From positions 65,420-129,419 of the forward strand of contig CAXBVE010000001.1 in the NCBI GenBank assembly GCA_963979435.1: a stretch of DNA of 64,000 nucleotides, given 5' to 3'. Every line of letters begins with the position of its first letter. Position 1 is the stretch's first letter. This stretch comes from an uncultured Candidatus Actinomarinales bacterium. Lineage in GTDB: Bacteria; Actinomycetota; Acidimicrobiia; Actinomarinales; Actinomarinaceae. A program made the position numbers and the translations under genes. The notes under the pieces were generated by a model that did not search any database, was not told the DNA's origin, and saw only the letters and a program-made list of their open reading frames with translations. Positions 56,416 to 64,000 of this stretch are shown here, piece after piece.

Positions 56416-57287
56416 AAGAATATGTTGTAGTTTATAACCTAAATTCTAGAGGTAAAAAATTAACCGAAAGCTACTTGACCACACTTTTTGAAAAGCATAA
56501 TTTGAAATCCAAAATCTTTATGACTTCTGATGTTTCAGAAGTTGATCAAATAATAGAACAGCATAAGGACAGTAAAAAATATAGTTATTGTGCAATTGGG
56601 GGAGATGGCACTATTAATTCTTTGATAGATAGTCTTCTAAGAAAAGGTCTAGACCGTCCTATTGTAGGATGTCTTCCATCAGGTAGTGGTTCTGATTTTT
56701 TAAGAACTTTTGCAATCCCTCAAAATATAGAAACCGCAATAGAACACCTCAAAGGAGATTCTACCTACCTTATTGACACAGCAATTGTGTCCACTTCCGA
56801 AAAAGAAAGACATTTTGTTAATATTTTAAACTTTGGTTTTCTTGCTGATACAGTTGAAATGAGTGAAAAATTACCAAAGATTTTTAGAAGATTTAGATAC
56901 CCGATTAGCTTCTGGCTAAAGCTACTTCCTGCTAGGTCTGGAATGATGTCTATTAAAACACACAACTATGAATTTAATGCCGATGCCTTCGTTATTACTG
57001 TATGTAATGGTCAGTTTTTTGGAGGTGGCTGGAATATATCACCTAAATCCAGTCTTCAAGATGGTCTACTTAATATTCAAATTTTTAAAGTAACAAAAAA
57101 GAAAGCTATGAAATTATTTTTTCTAGCAAAGAAGGGTTTACATTTAACAGAACCAGATGTTCTTTTAAAAAGAAGTGGAGAGATACAGCTTTTATCACGT
57201 CAATCAATAGAAATTGATGGTGATTATTTCGATAAGGGACCAGCTGAGATATTTGTTAAAAAAGCTTCCATACAGCTAAAAATTTAG
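56412..57287 (+). CDS. Diacylglycerol kinase catalytic-domain lipid kinase (YegS/DagK family)
   Basis: DAGK_cat motif AIGGDGTINSL. About 290 aa. Confidence 0.6.
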   Translation: MKEYVVVYNLNSRGKKLTESYLTTLFEKHNLKSKIFMTSDVSEVDQIIEQHKDSKKYSYCAIGGDGTINSLIDSLLRKGLDRPIVGCLPSGSGSDFLRTFAIPQNIETAIEHLKGDSTYLIDTAIVSTSEKERHFVNILNFGFLADTVEMSEKLPKIFRRFRYPISFWLKLLPARSGMMSIKTHNYEFNADAFVITVCNGQFFGGGWNISPKSSLQDGLLNIQIFKVTKKKAMKLFFLAKKGLHLTEPDVLLKRSGEIQLLSRQSIEIDGDYFDKGPAEIFVKKASIQLKI

Positions 57288-57317
57288 TATGATTTTAAAA
57301 GCACTTTAAGGAGAAGC

Positions 57318-57680
57318 ATGGCAGAAAAAGAAGTAGATGAAATTAAAGAACCTAATTTAGAAGATCTTGATGAAGACGATCTAGAAGATTCAGAAACGCC
57401 TACTGATGAAGAAGAGGAAAAAGAGGAGATTGAAACCGAATCTTTAGAAGCTCGTGTTGAAAATGAAAAGAAAACAGTAGAAGAACCTGATGATGCGGAG
57501 GGCTCCTTTATGAGTGTTGACGCAGCTGAAAAAAGAAATGTTAAAAAATCTGATTTAAAGCTAGATGAAGCTGCTGCAGATAAAGAAGATGATGAGTTTA
57601 CTTGTTCTGTTTGTTTCTTAGTTCTCAAGAATACTCAACTCGCTAAGCCAAGGTCTAAAGTGTGTGCAGACTGTGCATGA
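57318..57680 (+). CDS. Acidic protein with C-terminal zinc ribbon (DUF4193-like, conserved in Actinobacteria)
   Basis: Long Glu/Asp-rich N-terminus, then TCSVCFLVLKNTQLAKPRSKVCADCA (CxxC...CxxC). The antisense ORF 57284..57628 is Ser-rich low complexity and judged spurious. Confidence 0.5.
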   Translation: MAEKEVDEIKEPNLEDLDEDDLEDSETPTDEEEEKEEIETESLEARVENEKKTVEEPDDAEGSFMSVDAAEKRNVKKSDLKLDEAAADKEDDEFTCSVCFLVLKNTQLAKPRSKVCADCA

Positions 57681-58116
57681 GTTTGATGATTTAAATTACA
57701 AATTTTCGATAAAAAAAAGTAGTTCAAAGCCACAAATCCTTCATAAAGAGTTTATTGCTGAAATGTCCGCCATCGACAATATCTTAATAAACCATTACAA
57801 AGAATTAGAATTCTCAAAAATTAATTATTTTATACTCTCTCAAGATGATATTGAAATTGGTTATGGTAGCGCAACTGAAGAAAATGGTTTTATAACAATT
57901 TATGAACTATTTGTATCACCAAAATATAGAGAACTTGGCTTTGGCACAAGGATATTTAATGAAATTAGAAAATATACAAAGTCATTAGATCTTAAAATAA
58001 GGTCTGTCACTCTACCAAGTGACAGAACGGGAAAGAACTTTTATGAAAGTAATCTAATAACTGCGCGTGCCTTGATAATGGAGGAAAAGCGTGAAAACTC
58101 TCGCTACAGACCTTGA
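57664..58116 (+). CDS. GNAT family N-acetyltransferase
   Basis: Motif A region ELFVSPKYRELGFGTRIFNEI (acetyl-CoA binding Q/R-x-x-G-x-G/A). Confidence 0.55.
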   Translation: MQTVHEFDDLNYKFSIKKSSSKPQILHKEFIAEMSAIDNILINHYKELEFSKINYFILSQDDIEIGYGSATEENGFITIYELFVSPKYRELGFGTRIFNEIRKYTKSLDLKIRSVTLPSDRTGKNFYESNLITARALIMEEKRENSRYRP

Positions 58117-58840
58117 CGGAACACTGTATCTTGATGATCTACTCATAAAGGGTGTTGAATCTGCTTATAAATCTTTAATACTTGATAATTATAAAATATA
58201 TCATACGACTAACAACAGCTCTCAATCAACTGATGTGTTAGCTAAAAAATTAAGTAATTTATTAAATGCCGATATTGACTTATCTTCAATAGTTACTCCG
58301 CTTGTAGTTTTAAAAGAATATCTAAGTAACAAAAAACTATCTATCTTTGTTTACGGATCCAAGGATGTAAAAGATTTTGTAAGCAGTATTTCAAATACTG
58401 TTACAAATATAGAAAATAGCAATTTTATTATAATGGGTAGAGTCGACTCACCATCTGAAAGCGAACTAGATTTAATTGCTGAATCAATTAAATCTGGAAA
58501 AGAGGGCGCAACATTGAATAAAGATCTTACTTATCCAATAAGTGAATCAGAGTTTAAACCTGGAAATGGACAAATTGCGAAATATATTGAATCGAAATCA
58601 CAAAAAGAACTTCAATCATTTGGAAAAGAAGGTGAGTTGTACAGTCAGTATTTTCTAAATAAAAATATCGATGTTGATTATGTGATTGGTGATAGGGTAG
58701 ACACAGATATTATGTTTGGTAATAAGCTTGGCGCAACATCAATATTAGTAGAATCTAGCATCGAAAATTTTATGAGTGAAGATTTTGCAGATAGAAAATT
58801 TAAAGATTTTCCTACTTTTGTATCATCTATTATTAATTAA
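58091..58840 (+). CDS. HAD-superfamily hydrolase, subfamily IIA (NagD-like)
   Basis: Motif I DLDGTLY and motif III-IV VIGDRVDTDIMFG. GTG start. Confidence 0.6.
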   Translation: MKTLATDLDGTLYLDDLLIKGVESAYKSLILDNYKIYHTTNNSSQSTDVLAKKLSNLLNADIDLSSIVTPLVVLKEYLSNKKLSIFVYGSKDVKDFVSSISNTVTNIENSNFIIMGRVDSPSESELDLIAESIKSGKEGATLNKDLTYPISESEFKPGNGQIAKYIESKSQKELQSFGKEGELYSQYFLNKNIDVDYVIGDRVDTDIMFGNKLGATSILVESSIENFMSEDFADRKFKDFPTFVSSIIN

Positions 58841-59518
58841 TCTCATTGTAAGATAGCCAACAAAAAATCCACCAATATGCGCTTCCCACGATATATTATT
58901 ATTTTGTAGAGATATTATTACTTGTGAAGCAAACCAAAATGCCATGAAATATTTAGCTTTTATTGTTGTCGGAAATATGATACCGAAAGGAACTAAAACC
59001 AAAAGTTTTGCATTTGGAAATCTGTACAAATATGCACCCATTAAAGCAGAGACAATTCCTGATGCTCCTACTATTGGATTCAAATCTGAGTAATTCAAAA
59101 AAATATGAGTACCGATACTACCTCCAGCGGCAACCATTAAAAATATAATAAATTTTAATTTACCTAGCTTATCCTCAATATTGTTACCAAATATCCAGAA
59201 GCTCCAAAGGTTGCCAACAAGATGAAGTAAGTTAGCATGAAGAAAATTGGCAGTTAAAAGACTAAGCATTAAGTTTTTATTAGCAAATATAACATTATCA
59301 ATAGTTGCCATGCAGTCATTTGAGTAAAATTGATTAGCACTTAATGGTACACCTTTTTGAATTTCACAAGGGATTGCCGAGAATTCATAAAAAAAGTTGA
59401 ATAGATCTGCACTATTTTTTGGTTGCAAAAGTATATAAACAGCAATGGTAAAAAATATAAAAAACCTTGTTATATATGGAGTGTTCTCAGCAGGGTTTAT
59501 ATCTGATATAGGTATCAT
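58823..59518 (-). CDS. Rhomboid family intramembrane serine protease
   Basis: Catalytic GASG (IVGASGIVSALMG) and His in AHIGGFFVGYL. Six TM helices. Confidence 0.75.
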   Translation of the reverse strand: MIPISDINPAENTPYITRFFIFFTIAVYILLQPKNSADLFNFFYEFSAIPCEIQKGVPLSANQFYSNDCMATIDNVIFANKNLMLSLLTANFLHANLLHLVGNLWSFWIFGNNIEDKLGKLKFIIFLMVAAGGSIGTHIFLNYSDLNPIVGASGIVSALMGAYLYRFPNAKLLVLVPFGIIFPTTIKAKYFMAFWFASQVIISLQNNNISWEAHIGGFFVGYLTMRLINNR

Positions 59519-59554
59519 GTTGTACTGACTCCAAGTTGCGTATAATATATCCTA

Positions 59555-60355
59555 GTGAAGAATATATTAATTATTTCATCAAAGAAATATACCAAATTAA
59601 AAAATTATACAGATTTTGTTAGTTTGATAAAATCAAAAAAATTAGAATTCCATATTTTATTTGTTGAAGACGTAGAACAATATGATAATTATTTAAACAA
59701 AGATACACTTGTTGTTAGTTTTGGCGGAGATGGTACTGCACTTAAGGCTATGAAAATATCTTGGACCTTTGATTTACTATTCATGCCTTTAGGAACTGGA
59801 CGAGTTGGATATCTTGTAAACAAATCTGAAAATATAGAGCAAATACTTGACGAGTGGATTGAAGGCAAGAGCCACATCAATAATAGAAAAGCAATAATAC
59901 AGGATAATAATTTAAAATCACCAGCATTTAATGAAATCGTATTAATTAAAAATTCTCCAACAAGAATTCTTGATATTGTATTTAAAACTCATGACCAAAC
60001 AGTAAAACTAAGAGCTGACGGAATTATTATTTCAACATCTTTAGGCTCAACAGCATATAATTATTCAGCAGGTGGACCAATTGTACAAAATAGTCTTAAT
60101 TCAATTATCATTACACCTATCTCACCATTTTCTAAATTCCCCAGGTCAATTGTTTTAGATCAAAAGTCGCAAATTCAGATTGAAATCAAAAAAAAGCAAA
60201 ATTATGCAATTCAATTTGATGGTGTCGTCGAGTCGGAAGTAGAAAGCGATAAAGATAACAAGCTTGACTATACGTTATCAGAAAAGTCTTTACAGATAAT
60301 AGGAACAGATAATTCTCCCAGATTAGATTTATTTCTAAATCAAATTCTTAGATAA
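59555..60355 (+). CDS. nadK: NAD(+) kinase
   Basis: GGDGT motif (VVSFGGDGTAL), NE/D short motif, and DGIIISTSLGSTAYNYSAGGPIV. Confidence 0.85.
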   Translation: MKNILIISSKKYTKLKNYTDFVSLIKSKKLEFHILFVEDVEQYDNYLNKDTLVVSFGGDGTALKAMKISWTFDLLFMPLGTGRVGYLVNKSENIEQILDEWIEGKSHINNRKAIIQDNNLKSPAFNEIVLIKNSPTRILDIVFKTHDQTVKLRADGIIISTSLGSTAYNYSAGGPIVQNSLNSIIITPISPFSKFPRSIVLDQKSQIQIEIKKKQNYAIQFDGVVESEVESDKDNKLDYTLSEKSLQIIGTDNSPRLDLFLNQILR

Positions 60356-60392
60356 TCCTTTTAATAAGGATTTATCATGCTAAAATTTTCGA

Positions 60393-62018
60393 GTGACCAA
60401 ATACATATTTGTAACTGGCGGTGTAGTCTCTGGTCTTGGTAAAGGGATTACCTCTGCATCCCTTGGTAACCTTCTGAAATCACGTGGACTTACAATTGTT
60501 AATCAAAAACTTGATCCATATATCAATGTTGATCCAGATACTATGAATCCTTTTCAACATGGTGAAGTATTTGTAACAGAGGACGGCGCAACTACTGATC
60601 TAGATCTTGGTCATTACGAACGGTTTACTGGGGTGAATTTACGAAAAGATGCAAATGTGACTACTGGAAGCATTTACAGAAAAGTAATTGAAAGAGAACG
60701 TAAAGGGGATTACCTAGGAGCAACGGTTCAAGTTATTCCTCATATTACGGATGAAATAAAGAGAAGAATTAAAGGCATCTCAAATGATGTAGATGTTCAG
60801 ATTACAGAAATAGGAGGTACTGTTGGTGATATAGAGATACTTCCATTTCTAGAAGCTGCTAGGCAAATGCGAAAAGAGCTTGGTCAAGAAAATGTTATGT
60901 TTATACACGTAACTTTGGTTCCTTTTATTGGACCAAGTACAGAACTGAAAACAAAACCTACTCAACACTCAGTCTCAATGTTACGAGGGTATGGAATTAG
61001 TCCAGACATAATTGTTCTTCGTTCAGATAGAAAACTAGATGAAGATATCAAAAACAAAGTTTCACTATTTTGTGATGTAAGTTATGAGAATGTAATTAAT
61101 GCTCCAGATCTTGATGATATCTATGACGTACCTCTTAAAATGCATTCTGAGGGTTTAGATGTAGCAGTTAATAAAAGGTTAAACCTCAACACAGAAGAGC
61201 CAGAATTGAATGAATGGAAAAATATGCTTTCTCTTAAAAAAGAATCCTCTAAAGATGTTAAGATTGCAATCCTTGGTAAATATTTCGGCTTACCGGATAG
61301 CTACATGTCGGTTGTTGAATCATTAAAACATGCATGTCTTCAAAATAAAGTTAATTTAGACCTTCAATGGATTGATGCTGACAATTACGATGCTGAAGAC
61401 ATTTCTAACCTTGATGGAGTTGTAGTTCCAGGTGGTTTTGGAGTGAGGGGGATCGAAGGTAAAATTTCAGCCATACAGTATTTAAGAGAGAATAAAATTC
61501 CATTTCTCGGGATTTGTCTTGGATTACAGTGTGCCGTTATAGAGTATGCAAGAAATGTATGCGGAATTAATGAAGCTAATTCTTCTGAATTTTCACAAAA
61601 TACAAAAGATTTTGTTATCGATCTTTTACCGAATCAAGACCTAGACAAAGATGATGTTGGCGCATCTATGAGATTAGGAACATATCCTTGTAAAATTACC
61701 AAAAATACTATTACTTCAGAAATATATAAAGATGAAGTTATATATGAGCGTCATAGACACAGATATGAAGTGAATAACAAATACCGAGAAGTTTTAGAGA
61801 AAAACGGATTAATTTTTAGTGGCTTGTCTCCAGATAATAACTTAGTAGAAATGATTGAATTAAAAGACCACCCTTTCTTTGTTGCCTCTCAATTTCATCC
61901 TGAGTTCAAATCTCGTCCTTGGGAACCGGCTCCAATGTTTAATAAATTCATACAAAGCGCAGCTTCTTCTCAAAACACTGAGAAAACAACTTCTACTAAA
62001 ACGAAAGTAAAAGATTAA
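60393..62018 (+). CDS. pyrG: CTP synthase
   Basis: N-terminus [17 protein letters not shown]-terminal glutamine amidotransferase domain with GICLGLQ and HPEF. GTG start. Confidence 0.95.
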   Translation: MTKYIFVTGGVVSGLGKGITSASLGNLLKSRGLTIVNQKLDPYINVDPDTMNPFQHGEVFVTEDGATTDLDLGHYERFTGVNLRKDANVTTGSIYRKVIERERKGDYLGATVQVIPHITDEIKRRIKGISNDVDVQITEIGGTVGDIEILPFLEAARQMRKELGQENVMFIHVTLVPFIGPSTELKTKPTQHSVSMLRGYGISPDIIVLRSDRKLDEDIKNKVSLFCDVSYENVINAPDLDDIYDVPLKMHSEGLDVAVNKRLNLNTEEPELNEWKNMLSLKKESSKDVKIAILGKYFGLPDSYMSVVESLKHACLQNKVNLDLQWIDADNYDAEDISNLDGVVVPGGFGVRGIEGKISAIQYLRENKIPFLGICLGLQCAVIEYARNVCGINEANSSEFSQNTKDFVIDLLPNQDLDKDDVGASMRLGTYPCKITKNTITSEIYKDEVIYERHRHRYEVNNKYREVLEKNGLIFSGLSPDNNLVEMIELKDHPFFVASQFHPEFKSRPWEPAPMFNKFIQSAASSQNTEKTTSTKTKVKD

Positions 62019-62886
62019 TAATTCTATTAAATACTTACTTGATGATTACCAAGATTATTTATCGTACTCAAAAGGATTATCAAAAAATTCAGTTGATGCA
62101 TATAGAACTGACCTCTTAAACTTATTCAAAGAAAACTCAGTAACAAATATTTCTAGTGATGCGCTCAACAAGTTAATAAAGCTAATTTCTACAAAAGAGT
62201 ACAGCCCCAATACGAAAAAAAGAAAAGTTTCCGTATTAAGACAATTTGTAAAATGGTACAACTTTAGGGAAAATTCGAAAACAGTTATTCTTGAAGATGT
62301 AACAATTAAATCTGGTCAAAGACTTCCTGAAACACTCTCCATTACACAAATTGAACAATTAATAAATTTTCATGACAAGGAAACCTTTATAAGTAAACGA
62401 AATAAAGCCATAATCGATTTTATGTATTCTACGGGATGTCGTGTTAGTGAATTATGTAATGTTAAAATTGCCGATATTGATTTTGATGAAGATTATATTC
62501 AGTTAACCGGAAAAGGTTCAAAACAACGAATTGTCCCAATTGGTTCCAAACTTAAAACTAATTTACTATCTTATCTCGACTTAAAGCTTATCAAGGATAT
62601 CTCAAATAATCCTTTTTTGTTTATTTCCCGTACTGACAATCCACTAGAACGCACTGCTATTTTTAGGATAATTAAATCAACAGCTCTTAAAACCTCAACG
62701 ACTCTAAATATCCACCCCCATACATTAAGGCACAGCGCTGCAACTCATATGCTTGAAGCTGGATGTGATCTTCGAACACTTCAAGAATATTTAGGACATT
62801 CATCTGTATCCACTACGCAAATCTATACTAAGTTAACAAAAGAATTTCTTAATGAAGTTTTTAACGAAAGTCACCCAAGAGCATGA
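62014..62886 (+). CDS. xerD: Tyrosine recombinase XerD (start codon unresolved; first in-frame ATG is internal at 62422)
   Basis: The C-terminal catalytic domain ([25 protein letters not shown]) is the track ORF 62422..62886. The same frame stays open upstream to the stop at 62008-62010 and encodes a conserved XerD N-terminal domain ([29 protein letters not shown] ... [19 protein letters not shown]). No ATG/GTG/TTG is in frame between 62011 and 62421. The 5' boundary given here assumes an ATT start at 62014. Confidence 0.6.
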   Translation: MNNSIKYLLDDYQDYLSYSKGLSKNSVDAYRTDLLNLFKENSVTNISSDALNKLIKLISTKEYSPNTKKRKVSVLRQFVKWYNFRENSKTVILEDVTIKSGQRLPETLSITQIEQLINFHDKETFISKRNKAIIDFMYSTGCRVSELCNVKIADIDFDEDYIQLTGKGSKQRIVPIGSKLKTNLLSYLDLKLIKDISNNPFLFISRTDNPLERTAIFRIIKSTALKTSTTLNIHPHTLRHSAATHMLEAGCDLRTLQEYLGHSSVSTTQIYTKLTKEFLNEVFNESHPRA

Positions 62887-63323
62887 ATGAAATTTATATA
62901 AAATCAAAGAGAGCTATAAGATTTCTCTTTTACAAACATCTTTCTATAAATGAACAATTGGTAATCTCAAATACGCTTAAAAATAATCAATTAATAAAAC
63001 AATACTGGTTATTAAACAAAGCTGATAGACATCACTCTATTGAGGTTATGAATAGAACCTTAAGATTCTCTGATGATTTAGAATTATTACAACTTTCCCT
63101 ACTGCATGATATTGGTAAAAATACTGGGCATTATTCTTGGTTCTTAAGAATACTTTCTGACCTAAAAATAGTATCTTCATATAAATCTAAGAAATATCTC
63201 GATCATGAATTAATAGGACTAGAAGTATTGTCTCAAATTGGGGATATAGATTCTTTAGTTGCTCAATATCAAAAAAATCTTCTTCAAAATAAGCATCAAA
63301 TACTAGATAAGACTGATTACTAA
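62883..63323 (+). CDS. HD-domain protein (small metal-dependent phosphohydrolase fold)
   Basis: H...HD pattern (DRHHSIEV ... LLHDIGK). 146 aa. Overlaps the xerD stop and the scpA start by 4 nt each. Confidence 0.4.
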   Translation: MNEIYIKSKRAIRFLFYKHLSINEQLVISNTLKNNQLIKQYWLLNKADRHHSIEVMNRTLRFSDDLELLQLSLLHDIGKNTGHYSWFLRILSDLKIVSSYKSKKYLDHELIGLEVLSQIGDIDSLVAQYQKNLLQNKHQILDKTDY

Positions 63324-64000
63324 TGGAAAATATACAAGTAATAGAAAATTTAAAAAGTCTTCTTGTTGAATATACATCAAATACAGAAACACAAATTGCT
63401 AATAATCTCACAATGATTTTTCAGAGTTTCCAAAATAAATCATTAAAAGAAGACATAGACAATTATGCTGAGTTTGTTCTACTTGGTGCATCGCTCTTTG
63501 AGTTAAAAGCAAAAAGATTACTGCCCCAAGATGAGGAAGTAGATTGGCTTGATGAAGTTGAACTAATAAAAGATAAAGATCTTGCATTTGCCAGATTGCT
63601 ACAATTTAAAGCTTTCACTGAAGTTGGACTGGCTCTAGCTATAAAAGTTAAACAAACCGAACGCGAAATACCTGCTTTTAAATATTATCAAACAAGTTCA
63701 TTATCAGTAAAGCCCGAAATTCGTTACAACATTGACGTCACTAAATTTACAGAAACAGCAAATGAAGTTTTCAGTAGATATAAAACGATTCAGGGATTTT
63801 CACATATTGATAAAGAACTCCCTGATTTACAAGTTGCAATAGATGATCTATTAAAACTTGTTGATAAAAGATTAAATACAACATTCGAAGAATTAGTCTC
63901 CTCAGTAAATTCTTCACAAGAGGCTGTAGCATTTTTCTTAGCATTACTTGAAGCTGTCCGATGGGGCTTTATTAAAGCTGAGCAAACAAATGTTAATAAA
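63323..64000 (+). CDS. scpA: Segregation and condensation protein A (kleisin), 3' end outside the window
   Basis: Not in the ORF track because there is no stop inside the window. Translation from ATG 63323 gives the ScpA hallmark AEFVLLGASLFELKAKRLLP and runs open to the window end. xerD...scpA order as in Actinobacteria. Confidence 0.65.
   Translation, partial: MENIQVIENLKSLLVEYTSNTETQIANNLTMIFQSFQNKSLKEDIDNYAEFVLLGASLFELKAKRLLPQDEEVDWLDEVELIKDKDLAFARLLQFKAFTEVGLALAIKVKQTEREIPAFKYYQTSSLSVKPEIRYNIDVTKFTETANEVFSRYKTIQGFSHIDKELPDLQVAIDDLLKLVDKRLNTTFEELVSSVNSSQEAVAFFLALLEAVRWGFIKAEQTNVNK

Noticed and set aside
57284-57628. Ser-rich 114-aa minus-strand ORF
   Set aside because: Low-complexity antisense of a GAA/GAG-rich acidic gene. 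The plus frame carries the conserved CxxC ribbon.
62055-62261. 68-aa minus-strand ORF between pyrG and xerD
   Set aside because: Antisense to the conserved XerD N-terminal domain coding region.
62011-62886. xerD as an integrase of a mobile element or genomic island
   Set aside because: It is not adjacent to a tRNA. It sits in the conserved chromosomal pyrG-xerD-scpA context, and the flanks are core housekeeping genes, so it is the dif recombinase and not an MGE integrase.
1-64000. CRISPR arrays, IS elements, prophage or defence islands
   Set aside because: No direct-repeat/spacer periodicity, no transposase, integrase (other than xerD), or phage structural ORFs. There are no long tandem repeats, and coding is continuous housekeeping.

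Overview
This is a densely packed, AT-rich chromosomal core region (about one-third GC by eye). The gene order reproduces several conserved Actinobacteria synteny blocks joined almost without spacers: (1) dcw cell-wall/division cluster ftsI-murE-mraY-murD-ftsW-murG-murC-murB-ftsQ-ftsZ, with no ftsA, followed by pgeF-yggS-sepF-yggT; (2) ileS(-), dksA-like, lspA, rluD, dnaE; (3) polA-rpsA-coaE-uvrB-uvrA-uvrC-rapZ-pgk-tpiA-gpmA-secG-tRNA-Leu; (4) trmI, ferredoxin(-), two PafB/PafC-like WYL regulators, tatA-tatC, helY-like helicase; (5) nadK-pyrG-xerD-HD protein-scpA. By inference this is most likely a genome-streamlined, low-GC actinobacterium. I call about 75 CDS and 2 tRNA-Leu genes. I see no rRNA, CRISPR, IS or prophage signal. 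Coding density is extreme, with many 4/8/11-nt start-stop overlaps and frequent TTG/GTG starts. I do not see a bona fide novel defence or mobile system. The second-look items are: (a) several genes expected at conserved actinobacterial junctions are absent (murF, divIVA, yvcK-whiA-gap, arc-dop-pup-prcBA-pafA, recN); (b) PafBC-like regulators are retained next to tatAC/helY although the Pup-proteasome genes are gone; (c) an unannotated 59-aa tatA ORF lies between pafC and tatC; (d) xerD has a conserved N-terminal domain with no in-frame ATG/GTG/TTG; (e) an AI-2E transporter is translationally coupled to three tiny membrane peptides; (f) one strand-switch island (21.5-27 kb) holds small uncharacterised proteins.
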